Source: Gemmatimonadales bacterium (GTDB lineage Bacteria > Gemmatimonadota > Gemmatimonadetes > Gemmatimonadales > GWC2-71-9). Taken from it: DNA of 64,000 nt. Both the position numbers and the translations under genes were made by a program. The DNA lies in contig JBBQFH010000001.1 of NCBI GenBank assembly GCA_038321865.1, positions 96,001 through 160,000 of the forward strand, in the 5' to 3' direction. A model generated the notes under the pieces. It had not been told where the DNA came from. It saw only the letters and a program-made list of their open reading frames with translations, and did no database searches. Shown piece after piece: positions 40,684-52,987 of the stretch (position 1 is its first letter; each line of letters starts with the position of its first letter).

Positions 40684-42874
40684 CTTCGGCGCCCCGCACA
40701 ACCACCACATGCTCGCCCGAGGGGGGCGGATAGGCGCCCCGTGCGTGGTACATGCCGGCAATCACGCGGACAAACTCTTCCTTGACACGGTCGACGTCAC
40801 GCAGGGTGAGCGGCGCGTTCTCCAGCTGGCCGGAGGTGAGGCGCTGGGCCACGACCTCATCCACCGCGCGGCGAACCGTTTCGGGCGTCGGGTGATCGAT
40901 GGCGCGCACCGCCGCCTCGGCCGAATCCGCCAGCATCACCACCGCGGTCTCGGCCGAGCGAGGTCGCGGACCGGGATAGCGAAACCGCGCGGCGTCGATC
41001 GGAAGTCCGGCCGCCCGGTTGCGGGCGCGTACCAGAAACGACCGAATCTCGTTGGTGCCGTGGTGCTCGGGAATGAACGCACGCACGACCGGCGGCAGAT
41101 GGTGCTCCTCGGCGATGCGCATGCCGTCCACCACATGATCGCGGATGATGGCCGCCGAGTCCTCCGGCGCGAGCACATCGTGCGGATTCACGCCGCGAGC
41201 CTGATTTTCGACGAAATACCGCGGCTGGCTCAGCTTCCCGACATCGTGGTAATAGCAGCCCACCCGGGCCAGGAGCCCGTTCGCGCCGATCGCATTGCAG
41301 GCGGACTCGCACAGGTTCGCCATGGCGATGCTGTGCGCCCAGGTGCCCGGCGCCTCGAGCGCGAGGCGGCGGAGCAGCGGACGGGACGGGTCGGCCAGCT
41401 CGATGAGCGTCAGATCGGTGGTGATCCGGGTGATGCTTTCGGCCAGCGGCAGAGTCAGCATCGCGACGGCCGTCGTCCCGATGGCTGCGATGACCCCGGC
41501 CAGCATGCTCGACAGCATCGCCTCGGACGTCCAGCCGACGGTGAGCCCGATCGCCACTGCGGCCAGCGCGTAGGCGCACGACATCACGGCCACGGTGACG
41601 TAGAGCCGCCGTCGCCGCCGGATCATCCGCACGCTCACCGCCGCCGCGACGCCGCCCACCAGGGCGAAGAAAAGGGTGTCGTTCACCCGCAGCGCCAGCT
41701 GACCACCCAGCAGAATGGCGAGCGTGGAGGCCGCGAACAGAGCCGTACGGCCGTCATACAGCATCGCGATCAGGATGACCGCGGCGGGGATCGGAAGCAG
41801 CTCGGGCCGGCCGGGGAACGTCTCGGCCACCGCGTGCGTCAGCAGCACGACGAGCGCGAAGAGGCCGGCCAGGAAACCCATTTCGCGGATGTGGGCGTAG
41901 GTCTCCCGGCGGTAGAACATCAGGAGGAGCCAGAACGGCGCCAGCACCATTGCATCGTAGAGAAACGGTCCCGCCACCGAGGCGACCCCGAGTCCGGCGG
42001 TGCCGCGGCGGCGCAGCGCATCCCGCAGGCCGAGCAGCTTGTCGCGCACTTCGGTCGAGACCAGCTCCTTCGCGGTCGCTATCCGCTCGCCCGCCGGTAC
42101 GGCATACTTGATCGAGTCGACTCCGACGCGGAACTGCTCGCGCCGCCGCGCCGTGAGATCGGCGTCGGGAACGATCGTCGGATAGAAGAAGGCACCGATC
42201 AACCGGCGGAACGTTCGTTCGCCGGCCGCTCCCGCGCCGGCGGGGCCCGCGCCCTCCGCCGCCGCCATGAAATCACTGAAGGTGCGGATCGAGTCCCGCG
42301 GAAGCATGCGCTCATTGTCCGCGCGCACCAGTGCGATGCGCTGCCGATGTTCGGTCCGGAGCGCGCCCGCATCGGCGACGCCGACGACCAGTGAGCGAGA
42401 GAGGAACCCGATCACGGCGTCGCGCATCGCGCGCCGTCTGCCCGGATCAGCGAGGTACTGGGCCTCATCCGGCGTCAGACTGACTTCCTGAGCCCGGGCA
42501 CCGACACGGAAATCGGGCAGCGACGGCTCCGCGGGCGGGCGGTCGAAAAAGTCACGCGCGGCACTGAGCGCGGCGGCGTAGCCGGCCGGGCTGTATCGGA
42601 AGACAGGTGGCACGGCGAGCGCCCGCGCATCGCCCTCGCGGGCGATCTCGTCATCGCTCTTCCGCACGATGAAGGGAATCGGAGCGCTGATGGTCCGCGC
42701 CGCGACTTCGCCCACATCGTACACCGGACTCGACCGGACCCTGGGGGCCGGGAACACCAGACATGTCACCGCCGCCACGGCCGCCAGCAGGGACCATCGC
42801 AGCAGATGGAACCGGCGTCCCCGCCCCGTCCGGAGCGACAGTGGATAGGGCCGTGCGTCGGGCGAGCGCTCCAT
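40676..42874 (-). CDS. 7TM-HD phosphohydrolase (PgpH-like, HDIG)
   Basis: Extracellular domain, 7 TM, APGTWAHS, YYHDVGK, EHHGT, MLADS. Confidence 0.9.
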   Translation of the reverse strand: MERSPDARPYPLSLRTGRGRRFHLLRWSLLAAVAAVTCLVFPAPRVRSSPVYDVGEVAARTISAPIPFIVRKSDDEIAREGDARALAVPPVFRYSPAGYAAALSAARDFFDRPPAEPSLPDFRVGARAQEVSLTPDEAQYLADPGRRRAMRDAVIGFLSRSLVVGVADAGALRTEHRQRIALVRADNERMLPRDSIRTFSDFMAAAEGAGPAGAGAAGERTFRRLIGAFFYPTIVPDADLTARRREQFRVGVDSIKYAVPAGERIATAKELVSTEVRDKLLGLRDALRRRGTAGLGVASVAGPFLYDAMVLAPFWLLLMFYRRETYAHIREMGFLAGLFALVVLLTHAVAETFPGRPELLPIPAAVILIAMLYDGRTALFAASTLAILLGGQLALRVNDTLFFALVGGVAAAVSVRMIRRRRRLYVTVAVMSCAYALAAVAIGLTVGWTSEAMLSSMLAGVIAAIGTTAVAMLTLPLAESITRITTDLTLIELADPSRPLLRRLALEAPGTWAHSIAMANLCESACNAIGANGLLARVGCYYHDVGKLSQPRYFVENQARGVNPHDVLAPEDSAAIIRDHVVDGMRIAEEHHLPPVVRAFIPEHHGTNEIRSFLVRARNRAAGLPIDAARFRYPGPRPRSAETAVVMLADSAEAAVRAIDHPTPETVRRAVDEVVAQRLTSGQLENAPLTLRDVDRVKEEFVRVIAGMYHARGAYPPPSGEHVVVVRGAEGA

Positions 42875-43827
42875 CAGCCGCTCTGGTCCTCGGCGTAGGC
42901 CCGAATGATCTCGCGCACCAGCCGGTGACGGACGACGTCCGCATCGTGCAGATAGCAGAAGGCGATGCCGTCGATTCCGGGCAGTACGCGCTCGACCTGC
43001 ACCAGTCCGGAGTCCTCGCGCTTGGGGAGATCGATCTGCGTCTTGTCGCCGGTCACGACCGTCCGGCTGTTCACGCCCAGCCGGGTGAGGAACATCTTCA
43101 TCTGCGCGCCGGTGGCATTCTGCGCCTCGTCGAGAATGATGAACGCGTCCGACAGTGTGCGCCCGCGCATGTAGGCCAGCGGAGCGATCTCGATCGTGCG
43201 GCTTTCCAGGGCACGCTGCACCCGATCATGCGGCATCATGTCCTCGAGCGCATCATAGAGCGGGCGAAGATAGGGATCCACCTTGGCCTGGATGTCGCCG
43301 GGAAGGAAGCCGAGCGACTCCCCGGCCTCGACGGCAGGTCGCGCGAGGATGATGCGCTTCACCCGTTTCCGCGCCAGCGCCTCCACCGCCATGGCCACCG
43401 CGAGATAGGTCTTGCCCGTGCCTGCCGGCCCGATTCCGATCACGATGTCGTTGGCCGCGATCGCCTGCAAATAGTCCCGCTGGCCCTGGGTCTTCGGGAC
43501 GATCGCGCGGCGGAGCCCGGGCAATACGATCCGCCCGTCCGCGGATGCGGCCGGCGCCTCGCCGGTCGATCCTTCGGCGACCAGGCGGGCCACATCATCC
43601 GCGCTCACCGCCTCGCCCATGCGGACCAGATCGATCATTCCCTGCACGACCGGCACCGCACGCTCGATGTGATCGCCGGGTCCCGCCAGCGTCAGCGTAT
43701 CCCCCCGGAAGGAGACCCGAACGCCCAGCGCGCGCTGCATATCCACCAGATTGGCATCGTTCACACCGGCCAGGAGCAGCGGGTCGGCACCTTCGGTCGA
43801 GATGCGGTGGGTCACGTCGTCAGCCAA
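42874..43827 (-). CDS. phoH: PhoH-family ATPase
   Basis: GPAGTGKT, RPAVEAGESLGFLPG, YMRGRT, LDEAQN, VVRHRLV. Confidence 0.96.
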   Translation of the reverse strand: MADDVTHRISTEGADPLLLAGVNDANLVDMQRALGVRVSFRGDTLTLAGPGDHIERAVPVVQGMIDLVRMGEAVSADDVARLVAEGSTGEAPAASADGRIVLPGLRRAIVPKTQGQRDYLQAIAANDIVIGIGPAGTGKTYLAVAMAVEALARKRVKRIILARPAVEAGESLGFLPGDIQAKVDPYLRPLYDALEDMMPHDRVQRALESRTIEIAPLAYMRGRTLSDAFIILDEAQNATGAQMKMFLTRLGVNSRTVVTGDKTQIDLPKREDSGLVQVERVLPGIDGIAFCYLHDADVVRHRLVREIIRAYAEDQSG

Positions 43828-43841
43828 GGAGCCTCCCGAGC

Positions 43842-45667
<1,826 letters not shown>

Positions 45668-45671
<4 letters not shown>

Positions 45672-46123
45672 CGGGTTTCAGCCTCGGCGAGGACGTCGCA
45701 GAACCGCTGAGGCGTCTCCGCGGCAAGCAGGAGGCCGCGAACTGATTCGCTGCGGACCAGCCGGGCGATTCGGGCCAGGACCTGCACGTGCTGGCCGGCA
45801 GCGCCCACCGGGCCGACGATCACAAAAAAGAGTCGCACTCCTTCGCCGTCCAACCCGTCGAACGGCACCGGGACCGGAGTGACGCCGGCGACCATCGAGA
45901 GCTGCCGGACGCTGGCCGCTCTCCCGTGGGGAATGGCGACGCCAAATCCGATGCCGGTGCTGAGCACACCCTCTCGCTCCCGGACTGCCTGGTAGACATC
46001 CGCTTCGTCCCCACCGGCCGTCTGCGCAAGCAGCCGGGTCAGCTCGCGCAACACGCCGTCCTTGTTCCGCGCCTCGATGGGCAGGCGGATCCGATCCGGC
46101 GTGAGGAGCTCGGTCAGCAGCAC
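45668..46123 (-). CDS. ptsN: PTS EIIA (Ntr/fructose-type)
   Basis: RE..STGIGFGVAIPH (phospho-His), FDGLDG. Confidence 0.85.
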
Positions 46124-46196
46124 AGAAACGCCAGGCAGCGCATCCGGCGAAACGTAACCGCCATCGGGCGCTCCGAAAACCCGTTATCTTTCTGTG

Positions 46197-47327
46197 ATGT
46201 CAGACGATGCAACGCCTCCGTTCACCGGTGCGGCGCTCCTGGGACTCAGCCCTGAAGTGGCGCGGCGCACAATCGCCGAATGGGTGGAGCATCAAGGCCT
46301 GCCGCGCTACCGGTCCACCCAGATTCACCGACGCCTCTGGGTCGCACCGGTCCGCACCTGGGCGGAGGCGACCGAGCTCCCTGGCAGCCTTCGCGCGGCG
46401 CTTGAGCGGGACTACCCGCTCGAGCGGCTCGTGGTCGCCGCCGAGCAGCTGTCGTCGGATGGGACCCGGAAATTCCTCTGGCGGCTAGCCGACGGCGAAG
46501 CCGTGGAAAGCGTATTGATCCCTTCCGGACAGCGGCGGACGCTGTGCATTTCCTCGCAGGCGGGCTGTGCGCTGGGCTGTACGTTCTGCGCGACCGGGCG
46601 GATGGGATTTCGGCGGAACCTCACACCCTTCGAGATCGCGGGACAGGTGCGGGAGATCGTGCTGCGCCACCCGGCGGACATGCCGACCAACGTCGTTTTC
46701 ATGGGCATGGGGGAGCCGCTCCTGAACTGGCCGGCGGTCAACACGACGCTCACCATCCTGAACAGCGCGGAAGGCTTCGGGATCGGTGCCCGTCACATCA
46801 CCGTGTCCACCGTCGGCGTACTCCCCGGCATGGCGGAGTTCGCCAAGCGGCCGGAGCAGTTCCGGCTGGCGATCTCATTGCATGCGCCCACGAGCGCCCA
46901 GCGTCGCGCCATCATGCCGGTCGAGAAGAAATACGATCTCGATGCGGTGATCCGCGGCGCAATGGCGTTCGACCGCCGTGTCACATTCGAGTACGTCATG
47001 ATCGCGGGCGTGAATGACAGCGATACGGACGCCGACCAGCTGGTCAAGCTCGCGCGTCGGTTGCGCGCGCTGGTGAACATTCTGCCGCTGCACCCGGGTG
47101 GCGCCCCCGGGCTCACGCCGTCATCCCCGGCCCGCATTCAGGCCTTCGCCGACCGGCTCCGCAACCAGGGGGTCGAAGCCGCCGTGCGCCGGAGCCGGGG
47201 ACTGGATATCAACGCGGCCTGCGGGCAGCTTCGCGTCGAAGTCGAGCGCAAGCAGCGGCGATCAGCCGACACGGTCGGGGACGCCGGTGCCGTCGAAGAA
47301 GCTCGTGAGGTTGCGAAGGGCTCGTAG
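46197..47327 (+). CDS. rlmN: 23S rRNA/tRNA m2A methyltransferase RlmN
   Basis: CISSQAGCALGCTFC, FMGMGEP, ISLHA, DINAACGQL. Confidence 0.96.
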   Translation: MSDDATPPFTGAALLGLSPEVARRTIAEWVEHQGLPRYRSTQIHRRLWVAPVRTWAEATELPGSLRAALERDYPLERLVVAAEQLSSDGTRKFLWRLADGEAVESVLIPSGQRRTLCISSQAGCALGCTFCATGRMGFRRNLTPFEIAGQVREIVLRHPADMPTNVVFMGMGEPLLNWPAVNTTLTILNSAEGFGIGARHITVSTVGVLPGMAEFAKRPEQFRLAISLHAPTSAQRRAIMPVEKKYDLDAVIRGAMAFDRRVTFEYVMIAGVNDSDTDADQLVKLARRLRALVNILPLHPGGAPGLTPSSPARIQAFADRLRNQGVEAAVRRSRGLDINAACGQLRVEVERKQRRSADTVGDAGAVEEAREVAKGS

Positions 47328-48236
47328 GCCCATGGCGATGCGTGTCGCCCCGGTGGCGCTCCCGAGGTGCGGCAGCAGCACGACATTGTCCAGTCGGAGG
47401 AGGCGTGCCGGCACGGCGGGCTCCCCCTCGTAGACATCGAGGGCGGCTCCGGCTATCACGCCTCGCTCGAGCGCATCCATCAGGGCGCGCTCGTCGACGA
47501 TATCTCCGCGGGCGGTGTTGATCAGATAGGCGCCGGGGCGCATCCGCGCCAGGCGCTCTGCGTTGATCAGATGGTGCGTAGCGGTGTTCGACGGGCAATG
47601 CAGCGAGACAAAGTCGGCCCGCGGCAGGAGCTCGTCCACGGACTCGCAGGGGACCGCGCCGAGCGCCGACACGATTTCGGCGGCGGGAGGCCGCGGCGTG
47701 TAGAAGAGGACTCGCATGCCGAAGCCCAGCGCCGCCCGCCGCGCCACCGCCTGTCCGATCCGGCCCAAGCCGATGAGACCAAGCGTCCGCCCCGAGACGT
47801 CAGCCCCCAGCAGCTGCGTCGGTCGCCAGCCATCCCAGCGCCCGGCGCGAACCAGCCGTTCCCCTTCTCCCAGTCGGCGCGCGACGGCGAGCATCAACGC
47901 AACGGTCAGATCGGCCGTGGCATCGGTCAGTACGTCCGGCGTGTTGCTGACGGCCAGACCCGCCGCGCTCGCGGCGCTGAGATCGATGTGGTTGAAGCCG
48001 ACACCGAAATTCGCGAGGATCCGGCAGCGCAGCGGGCCGGTGCCGATGACGCTGGCGTCGAGCCGGTCGGTCACCGTGCAGAGGAGGCCGTCGGCGTTGC
48101 GGAGGCCGGCATGCAGTTCAGCGGCGCTCAGCGCGCGATCCTCGCGGTTGAGTCGCACGTCGAACCGTGCGGCGAGCGCCTGCTCGACCGGCTCCGGAAC
48201 CCGGCGCGTCACGAGCACGATTGGACGAGCCGTCAT
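47262..48236 (-). CDS. D-2-hydroxyacid dehydrogenase (glyoxylate/hydroxypyruvate reductase)
   Basis: NTPDVLT, GLGRIG, INTARG, LDVYEGEP, PHLGSA. Confidence 0.92.
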   Translation of the reverse strand: MTARPIVLVTRRVPEPVEQALAARFDVRLNREDRALSAAELHAGLRNADGLLCTVTDRLDASVIGTGPLRCRILANFGVGFNHIDLSAASAAGLAVSNTPDVLTDATADLTVALMLAVARRLGEGERLVRAGRWDGWRPTQLLGADVSGRTLGLIGLGRIGQAVARRAALGFGMRVLFYTPRPPAAEIVSALGAVPCESVDELLPRADFVSLHCPSNTATHHLINAERLARMRPGAYLINTARGDIVDERALMDALERGVIAGAALDVYEGEPAVPARLLRLDNVVLLPHLGSATGATRIAMGLRALRNLTSFFDGTGVPDRVG

Positions 48237-48257
48237 GAATATTTGTCCCGGGTGCGA

Positions 48258-49538
48258 GTGACCAGCGTCGAGCGGCGGGAAATGCTCGAGCGGCTGTACG
48301 CGGCGGCGCTGCTGGCCGCCCGGCCCGGGCCGGCGACGGAAGGGGCGCTCATGGCTGCGCCCCCGCCGTCAACGCCGATCCATCTCATTGCCATAGGCAA
48401 AGCGGCGCCGGCCATGGCCCGCGCGGCCGTCGACTGGCTGAGGCGGAACGGACGCACGCCGTCGGGCGGCGTGATTGTGGGCGTGGATCCCCCCGAGGAT
48501 GTGATCGAGCTGCCGATCGAATACATCGCCGGCGATCACCCCGCTCCCGGCGCGCGATCCCTCCGTGCGGCGGATGCCATCGGCCGCGCGGCGGCGTGCG
48601 TGCGAACCGGTGACAGCGTGATCGTGCTGCTCTCCGGCGGTGCGAGTGCGCTGGCGGCCGCACCGGTTGCCGGCGTCACACTTGCGGACCTGATCGAGCT
48701 GAACGCGCTTCTGCTCGGCTCGGGGCTGGCAATCGGTGAGGTCAACAGCGTGCGCAAGCGGATGCTCCGCTGGGGCGCAGGGCGGCTGGCGGCCGCCGTT
48801 GGGCCGGCGTCCGTGCGCTGCCTCGCCGTCTCGGATGTGATCGGGAATGATCCCGGGACGATCGGATCGGGTCCCTGCGTCCCCGACGCGCGGCCTGCCC
48901 AATCAGTCATTGCCCTCCTCCAGTCCGTCGGTCTCTGGGACCGCGCTCCGGCGTCCGTCCGGAGTGCGCTCTCTCGCGATGCGCACGGGGACGACGCCGG
49001 CACGACGGGACCGGGCGACCGGACGGCCGCCGGCACCGCTGTGGAAATCCTCCTCGACAACAGCGCCGCGATCAGTGGCGCAGCAGCCGCCGCGGCGGCG
49101 GCGGGGTTGACGGTGGTCACCGACCCCCCATTGTCGGGCGACGCCGCGGCACTTGGCGGCACCATCGCCCGGCGGCTCCGGGGAATGCCCCCCGGGAGCT
49201 GTCTCGTCCTGGGCGGCGAAACCACGGTCGCCTCCGCCGGTGCGCCGGGTGTGCTCGGGGGACGCTGTCAGGAGCTCGCACTGGCGGCGGCCCGGGAGCT
49301 CGCCGGCTATCGCGTCGGCCTGCTCGCCGCCGGAACGGACGGTCGAGACGGTCCGACTGATGCCGCCGGAGCGGCGGTGGATGGTGCGACCTGGCCCGCC
49401 ATCACACGCGCGGGACGTGATCCCGAGGCCGATCTCGCCGGTCACGATGCGTATCGGGCGCTCGATGCGGTGGCCGCCCTCATTCGAACCGGGCCGACCG
49501 GCACCAACGTCGCCGACATCGTCATCGGCCTCACCTGA
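48258..49538 (+). CDS. Glycerate 2-kinase (MOFRL family)
   Basis: IGKAA, HP, SGGASAL, SDV.G..IGSGP, GGETTV, GGRCQE, GTDGRDG, TGTNV. Start uncertain. Confidence 0.9.
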   Translation: MTSVERREMLERLYAAALLAARPGPATEGALMAAPPPSTPIHLIAIGKAAPAMARAAVDWLRRNGRTPSGGVIVGVDPPEDVIELPIEYIAGDHPAPGARSLRAADAIGRAAACVRTGDSVIVLLSGGASALAAAPVAGVTLADLIELNALLLGSGLAIGEVNSVRKRMLRWGAGRLAAAVGPASVRCLAVSDVIGNDPGTIGSGPCVPDARPAQSVIALLQSVGLWDRAPASVRSALSRDAHGDDAGTTGPGDRTAAGTAVEILLDNSAAISGAAAAAAAAGLTVVTDPPLSGDAAALGGTIARRLRGMPPGSCLVLGGETTVASAGAPGVLGGRCQELALAAARELAGYRVGLLAAGTDGRDGPTDAAGAAVDGATWPAITRAGRDPEADLAGHDAYRALDAVAALIRTGPTGTNVADIVIGLT

Positions 49539-49540
49539 CG

Positions 49541-49984
49541 TCAGGGATGCAGGTCCGTCGGCGCCCGATAGTCTTCGCCCAGCCACACGCTCACATCCAC
49601 CCGCCGCATCGTGTCGCGAATCGCGACGACATTCTCGATCCCCAATGCCAACGCCACCGCCCGCGCCGCCTTCGCGTCCACCCGGCGGGCGATGACGCGG
49701 CTCGCCCGCACGGCGGGACCGGCCGGCCCGGTCCCCGGAACGTAGACCACATCGAATCCCGCCTGGCGAAGCTGCCGCGTCGCGATGCGGGCGAGGCCGG
49801 TGCGGCTGGTGCCGTTCAGCACTTCGATGGTGAGCGTGTGTTCGGTTCCGGGCAGCGGATATGCGGGCAGCGAGCTCGCGACGGTCGCGCGGGAGGCGGG
49901 CTTGTGCACCACTGCGGCGATGCCGAGGGTGGTGGCCGCGAGGGCCGCGACAGTCAGCGCGACGCGGCGGCGGGTCGGTCGCAC
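49541..49984 (-). CDS. LytR C-terminal domain membrane protein
   Basis: N-terminal TM; IEVLNGT..GLA; DVSVWLGED. Confidence 0.8.
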   Translation of the reverse strand: MRPTRRRVALTVAALAATTLGIAAVVHKPASRATVASSLPAYPLPGTEHTLTIEVLNGTSRTGLARIATRQLRQAGFDVVYVPGTGPAGPAVRASRVIARRVDAKAARAVALALGIENVVAIRDTMRRVDVSVWLGEDYRAPTDLHP

Positions 49985-50529
49985 AGCGAATTCCAGAAGC
50001 GCACGGTAACCTCGGGCAACGGCCAGCGCGACGTGATGAGGTGTCCGACACGAAGCCGCGCGACGTCTCGAAGCACGCCCGACGGGTCCAGTGGAAAGCG
50101 AGCGGCCAGCGCGCGCCGGGTGGTACGGCCGAAGGCGCGCCCGGGCTCGAGATAGTCGGCGCAATAGAGCACGTGCCCCACCATGTCCCACTCTGCCAGG
50201 CCCACCGAATGGAACTCGACGGCATCGAGCACGCCACGATCCGTCTCGCCGTCGGCGCGGGCCCTGGCGGCGGCAGCCGGGCCATGACGGAGCTCGGGGG
50301 GGCCCGGCGCGGCGGGCGCGAGCCCAGCCAGCAGGTCGGGGGGCGCGTCGCGGAGGGCATCGTGCAGCCAGATCGCCCGCAGCCAGCGGTCGCGTTCGTG
50401 AACGGAAGCTGTCATGGCATCGGCCCAGCGGGCGCCCAGTGAGGCGACGCGCGCGACATGCTTCAGCCGGGCCGGAGACACAACGGCCCACGCCGGAAGC
50501 GCGGGCCGATCGATGCTGCGGCCCGTCAC
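49954..50529 (-). CDS. YqeK-like HD hydrolase (Ap4A hydrolase family)
   Basis: RLKH, LHD, HG, FHSVG, ADYLEPGR. Confidence 0.82.
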   Translation of the reverse strand: MTGRSIDRPALPAWAVVSPARLKHVARVASLGARWADAMTASVHERDRWLRAIWLHDALRDAPPDLLAGLAPAAPGPPELRHGPAAAARARADGETDRGVLDAVEFHSVGLAEWDMVGHVLYCADYLEPGRAFGRTTRRALAARFPLDPSGVLRDVARLRVGHLITSRWPLPEVTVRFWNSLCDRPAAASR

Positions 50530-50539
50530 CAGTGCCGAC

Positions 50540-50911
50540 TCAGCTTTCCGCCCGCAGCTGGGGCCGAACCGGGCGGTTCCGCTCATCGACGAACACCACG
50601 CGCGGCGTGAAGCGCGCCGCCAGCGCCTCGTCCACGGTTCCGTACGCGATCAGGATCACGATGTCACCCGGCATGCCGAGCCGGGCGGCGGCCCCGTTCA
50701 GCTGCACAACGCCGGACGCGCGTGGCCCGGGGATCACGTATGTGGTGAACCGGGCGCCGTTGTTGACGTTGACGACCTGGATTTCCTCGTAGTTGACGAG
50801 GTCGGCGGCATCGAGGAGATCCTGATCCACCGTGAGCGAGCCCTCGTAATTCAGATCGGCCGACGTGATGGTGGCGCGGTGGATCTTGGACTTCATGAGA
50901 TGCCGCTGCAT
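50540..50911 (-). CDS. panD: Aspartate 1-decarboxylase
   Basis: [16 protein letters not shown] cleavage site, [15 protein letters not shown]. Confidence 0.97.
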   Translation of the reverse strand: MQRHLMKSKIHRATITSADLNYEGSLTVDQDLLDAADLVNYEEIQVVNVNNGARFTTYVIPGPRASGVVQLNGAAARLGMPGDIVILIAYGTVDEALAARFTPRVVFVDERNRPVRPQLRAES

Positions 50912-51765
50912 CAATCGCGTTCCTCGCCCAGAATGACGTTGTCGATGAGCCGGGTGCCGCCGACCCGCGCGGCGACGGCAATGATCGTCCCCGGCACCGC
51001 GACATCGACCGGGAGCATGTTCACGGCGTCGCAGATCGCAATATAATCCACGGCCACCCCGGGCACGCGCTCGAACACACCACGCATCAGCGAGTCGAGC
51101 GCCGTGGCGGCGCGCTCGCCGCCGCGCCACGCGCGTTCGGCCGCCGCGAGCGCGCGACTCAGCGCCAGGGCGTCTGCGCGTGCCGCTTCCGACAGGAACA
51201 CATTCCGGCTGCTGAGCGCGAGCCCGTCGGGCTCGCGCACGATCGGGACGACGGCGAGCTCGATCGGCCAGTCGAGATCGGCCACCATGCGGCGCACCAG
51301 CGTGGCCTGCTGGATGTCCTTCTGGCCGAAGCAGGCGATGTCCGGCTGCGCCAGATGGAAGAGCTTGGCGACGACGGTGAGTACCCCGGTGAAATGGCCC
51401 GGCCGAGCCGCACCCTCCCACCGATCGCCGATGGCTCCCGGCGACACTCGCGTATCGCTACCGGCTGGATACATGATCGCTGACGACGGGACAAACAGCC
51501 GGTCGACCCCGCGCCCGGCCGCCAGCGAGCGGTCTCGAGCCAGGTCGCGCGGATAGCGGGTGAGATCCTCACCGGGAGCGAATTGCAGCGGGTTCACGAA
51601 AATGCTCAGGACCACCGCATCGGCCCGGCGGCAAGCCTCGTCCACCAGCCGCAGGTGTCCTTCGTGCAGAAAGCCCATGGTCGGAACCAGCCCGATACGC
51701 CGGCCGGCGGCCCGCTCCGCGGCGACCCAGGCCCGCAGCTTCGCCACCGTCGCTATGTCCTGCAT
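50911..51765 (-). CDS. panC: Pantoate--beta-alanine ligase
   Basis: [32 protein letters not shown]. Confidence 0.97.
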   Translation of the reverse strand: MQDIATVAKLRAWVAAERAAGRRIGLVPTMGFLHEGHLRLVDEACRRADAVVLSIFVNPLQFAPGEDLTRYPRDLARDRSLAAGRGVDRLFVPSSAIMYPAGSDTRVSPGAIGDRWEGAARPGHFTGVLTVVAKLFHLAQPDIACFGQKDIQQATLVRRMVADLDWPIELAVVPIVREPDGLALSSRNVFLSEAARADALALSRALAAAERAWRGGERAATALDSLMRGVFERVPGVAVDYIAICDAVNMLPVDVAVPGTIIAVAARVGGTRLIDNVILGEERD

Positions 51766-52581
51766 TCAGTCGAAGCTGTGCTGCGCGTCGGGATAGCGAC
51801 CCTCGCGGACGTCCTGGGCGAAGGCATGCGCCGCCTCACGCACGACCCCGGCCAGTTCGGCATAGCGCTTGAGGAACTTCGGTGTGAAGGCGTCGTTGAG
51901 GCCGAGCATGTCGTGCAGCACCAGCACCTGGCCATCGCAGCCGGCACCGGCACCGATGCCGATCGTCGGCACGGTGAGCGAGCGGCTGATCGACGTCGCG
52001 ACGGCGGAAGGAACCAGCTCGAGCACGACGGCGCAGGCGCCCGCTGCCTCGAGTGCCAGCGCATCCTCCGCCATCCGCCCGGCCACGCCAGCCTCGCGCC
52101 CCTGCACCCGATATCCGCCGAGCGTGTTGACCGACTGTGGCGTCAGTCCGAGGTGCGCCATGACGGGGATGCCGCGCTCGACGAGTGCCGCGACCGTCGG
52201 GACCATGTGCTGCCCGCCCTCCAGCTTGACCCCATGGGCACCGGTCTGCTGCAGCACGCGCCCGGCGTTCCGGATGGCATCTTCGACCGACACCTGATAG
52301 CTGAGGAACGGCAGGTCGACGAAGGTGAGCGCCGTGGTGCCCCGGCGCACCGAGGCTGCATGATAGATCATCTGATCGACGGTGGCGCTCAGCGTGCTCT
52401 CCTGTCCCGCCAGCACCTGGTTGACGGAGTCGCCAACGAGCAGCACGTCCACGTCCGGCGAATCGAGCAGCCGCGCGAAAAGGGCGTCGTAGCAGGTGAG
52501 CATGACGATGCGGCGGCCGGCCGCCTTGAGCCCGGCGAGATCGAGCACCGTACGCGGGCGTTGGTCAGCGTTCATTCGCAT
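51766..52581 (-). CDS. panB: 3-methyl-2-oxobutanoate hydroxymethyltransferase
   Basis: LVGDS, VKLEGG, HLGLTPQ, IGIGAG..CDGQVLV. Confidence 0.97.
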   Translation of the reverse strand: MRMNADQRPRTVLDLAGLKAAGRRIVMLTCYDALFARLLDSPDVDVLLVGDSVNQVLAGQESTLSATVDQMIYHAASVRRGTTALTFVDLPFLSYQVSVEDAIRNAGRVLQQTGAHGVKLEGGQHMVPTVAALVERGIPVMAHLGLTPQSVNTLGGYRVQGREAGVAGRMAEDALALEAAGACAVVLELVPSAVATSISRSLTVPTIGIGAGAGCDGQVLVLHDMLGLNDAFTPKFLKRYAELAGVVREAAHAFAQDVREGRYPDAQHSFD

Positions 52582-52987
52582 CGAGCTCCGCCAGCTCGCG
52601 CCGCCAAAAATCGCGGTCGGCCAGCCCGGGGTGAGGAATCTGGAGATCCGGCTCCGCCAGCCGGCGTTGACCGAATTTTACGATATCGAGGTCGAGCGTG
52701 CGCGACGCCCAGCGCTCCCGCCGATCACGCCCGGCTGCCTGCTCGAGCCGATGACACGCCACCAGGAGCTCCCGCGGCGCCAGCGTCGTCTCCAGCAGCA
52801 GCATCTGATTGAGGTACGGCGGCTGGGGCATCGCCCCGAGCGGGGCGGTCTCCTCAACCGCCGACGCGGCGACGACGCGCGTCCCCGGCAGCCGGGCCAG
52901 CCCGGCTCGTGCGGCCGCAAGATGCGCGGCGCGATCGCCGAGGTTGCTGCCCAGGGCCACGTAGACCGGCTCCGCCGTCAAGCTCAC
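52565..52987 (-). CDS. folK: 6-hydroxymethyl-7,8-dihydropterin pyrophosphokinase
   Basis: ALGSNLG, YLN, RW..RTLDLDI, IPHP. Confidence 0.95.
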   Translation of the reverse strand: MSLTAEPVYVALGSNLGDRAAHLAAARAGLARLPGTRVVAASAVEETAPLGAMPQPPYLNQMLLLETTLAPRELLVACHRLEQAAGRDRRERWASRTLDLDIVKFGQRRLAEPDLQIPHPGLADRDFWRRELAELDANER

